Origin: Octopus vulgaris
Lineage: Eukaryota
DNA length: 64,000 nt
Assembly: GCA_951406725.2 (NCBI GenBank)
Contig: OX597838.1
Span: 5,146,001 to 5,210,000 of the forward strand
Reading direction: 5' to 3'
The notes beneath the pieces are model-generated. The model ran no database searches, was not told the origin of the DNA, and was given only the letters and a program-made list of their open reading frames with translations. The position numbers and the translations under genes were made by a program. Positions 61,153-64,000 of the stretch are shown piece after piece. The stretch's first letter is position 1. Every line of letters starts with the position of its first letter.

Positions 61153-61556
61153 GCGTAGGAGTTGGCTGTGTGGTAAGTAGCTTGCTTACCAACCACATGG
61201 TTCCGGGTTCAGTCCCACTGCGTGGCACCTTGGACAAGTGTCTTCTACTATAGCCTCGGGCCGACCAAAGCCTTGTGAGTGGATTTGGTAGACGGAAACT
61301 GAAAGAAGCCCGTCGTATCTATGTATATATATGTATATGTGTTTGTGCGTGTATGTTTGTGTTTGTCCCCCTAGCATCACTTGACAACCGATGCTGGTGT
61401 GTTTCTGTCCCCGTAATTTAGCGGTTCGGCAAAAGAGACCGATAGAATAAGTACTGGGCTTACGAAGAATAAGTCCCGGGTCGAGTTGCTCGATTAAAGG
61501 TGGTGCTCCAGCATGGCCGCTGTCAAATGACTGAAACAAGTAAAAGAGTAAAAGAG
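61153..61556 (+). mobile_element. tRNA-derived SINE family A, full length
   Basis: Highly similar to the 30831 copy, including the tail. Confidence 0.95.
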
Positions 61557-62711
61557 AGAAGAGATATGCACACACATACACACACACATATATTTATATA
61601 TATATATATATACATATGTACACACATACATAAACATATTCACATAAACACAACACACACAGTGATATAGCTGAACGTTGAGGTGATGGGTATAGTTGCA
61701 TGCTTTTTGTCGGCAGTATTTGTAAGGGTAAAATATTCAACTGTAACTTGCGAGTTGAATTTAACTGAACCTGCCCAATCGTTGTAGAGACGTCTTTTAA
61801 TGGGCGTAAACATAAATTGGCGTAAACATTAAATAGATTAGTTTGGCGCTCGGTGAAAGTTTTAGATTGGAAACTGTAAGTAAAAATAGGAGGTTTCGAT
61901 TATTGCTAATTGTCAGATAGTGGAACGAAGCCCAGATGAGAAGAAGGAGAGGAAGGAACAGTCAGTCAAGAGAAAGGCACATGGGAGTTAAATTGTCAAG
62001 ATATAGTATGTATATCGCTTAACGTCCCCTAAATAAAAGCGGACGCCCGTCCTAAAATCTTGCCTTGCCGACATACATCATAGAACATATTGATATACAT
62101 TCATCAAAGATTGTAATTAAAGGAAATTAATTGCACACTTTTTCAGTAGATTATATACATCAATGCATAAAGTTTAGAAGCCACGCCTCTTTGTTATAAG
62201 ATGTGATTTGGGTAAATTTCATTAGACAGCATAAATACAGTTTAAGCACAACTTAATGCCGTTATACCATAATTTTGCCTCAATATAAACGGGTAACTTT
62301 AAGAGTAAAATCTTCATTTACCATAGAACCTTGTATGTATGCAATATGAAGGTCACGTTACTTTCTCTTCCGGCATTAAATTTTCATTTTCTACCTCAAA
62401 TGGCGTATAGACATTAAGACCATGCGAATAGAGCGCTGTACTAAGATGACCGCCATTACATTTCTTATTATAATTTCATTTTCAAGTTTTTCCTCTCAAG
62501 AGATAAAGATGAGAATTTTCTCTGAACCAAACATCAAATATTAAAGCAAAGTATAAAGGATATTATTTCAATAAAAATCAAATTCTTTCCAAATCATTTA
62601 AATCTTCATCTTTATTTAAGCATCTCTTTGTTAGAAATTCTATTGGTATAGATTCAGCGTAATACTAAATAATTCAGAGCAGACGCATCATTCTCCAAAC
62701 CTTTACTTATA

Positions 62712-62985
62712 TTGTTGTTGTTGTTGTTGTTTTCGTCTCCTTCTTCTTCTTCTTGTTCTTCTTCTTCTTCTTCTTCTTCTTCTCCTCTTCCTTTTCCTCC
62801 TTCTTCTTCTTCTTCTTCTTCTTCTTCTTCTTCTTCTCCTCTTCCTTTTCCTCCTTCTTCTTCTTCTTCTTCTTCTTCTTCTTCTTCTTCTTCTCCTCCT
62901 CTTCCTCCTCCTCCTTCTCCTCCTCCTCCTCCTCCTCCTTCTTCTTCTTCTTCTTCTTCTTCTTCTTCTACTTCTTCTCCTCCTG
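62712..62985. repeat. (TTC)n/(CCT)n polypyrimidine tract
   Basis: Direct observation. Confidence 0.93.
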
Positions 62986-63167
62986 GTCTTCAAGCGACTG
63001 GCGACCATTCGTAAAGCATGGAAACCACTCCTAAACTTGTGTTTCGCTTATGGCTTTGTCCTTGGAGTCGTTTGAAACATGACAACACTTTCGGTTGCTG
63101 TTTTCCACAGCAGAAAACAGAATTCCACAGAAACACGCTGATTCTTCGTTTCATGCCCCCCCTACCA

Positions 63168-63209
<42 letters not shown>

Positions 63210-63469
63210 TATGACTAAATATTATATGATCGATTGTCGTCATTTCTTTCTCTCTCGCCTGTCTGTGTTTGCCTTTCAAGTGCAGTGGTTTTACTGAGAT
63301 CTCCCTTTTAGTAGAAATAATAGCTATAACTCTTTGACTGCTATTTCTAAATTCGGTGTGTGGTGAGGCAAATCGTTGCTAAACCCTTAACTACTTAGTA
63401 TTACTATATATATATATATACACCCCTTTTTCATTTCGATCTCTCTCTTACACAGGAACTATAAAAGTG

Positions 63470-63508
<39 letters not shown>

Positions 63509-63626
63509 ATATTATAATGAGGGTACTACTATTAGTAGATACCAACACGCTAAGAGGGACCAATGCGGTCAAAACTACTAAAAATAAACAAAATATTACC
63601 GAATGCAAACCAAACCTCAATTGTTA

Positions 63627-63669
<43 letters not shown>

Positions 63670-63859
63670 TACGACGTGGTGCTGAAGGATCACTGGCTTT
63701 CAGCCTATCACGAATGGCCTACCTTTCCGAGTTCTATTACAGGATTTAGAAGAACTAAAGTGCTGTTGCAATAAGTGTGTGTGTGTCTGTGTGTGTGTCT
63801 GTGTGTGTATAGATTGTTAGATATAGGGGTCGATAGATAGACACATAGAGAGGCATACA

Positions 63860-63892
63860 TACATACAGATAGAGAGATAGATAGATAGATAA

Positions 63893-63949
<57 letters not shown>

Positions 63950-64000
63950 CAGACAGATAGATAGACAGACAGGTAGACAGGTAGTAGATAGATAGATAGA
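63860..64000. repeat. (GATA)n/(GACA)n microsatellite
   Basis: Direct observation. Confidence 0.95.

Overview
AT-rich, microsatellite-saturated eukaryotic DNA. The repeat complement looks like a cephalopod (Octopus-type) genome; this is inferred from repeat style and was not searched. Almost every ORF in the supplied track is a microsatellite artefact. The real content is a transposon graveyard: at least five tRNA-derived SINE families (two copies with clear TSDs), decayed CR1-like and RTE LINEs, the 3' end of an R4/Dong-type element in (AAT)n, and mariner relics. There are also one or two orphan exon candidates. Three signals stand out. (i) Several minimal type-I hammerhead ribozymes from unrelated short (TA)n-embedded, Penelope-like elements; two of these elements carry the ribozyme between inverted repeats. 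(ii) A composite retroposon built from a near-intact tRNA-His gene whose anticodon reads GTT (Asn), a second tRNA-like head, a LINE-derived 3' motif and poly(A). (iii) A CCAGCATGGCCG-plus-hairpin 3' signal shared, with compensatory stem changes, by the CR1-like LINE and several non-autonomous families.
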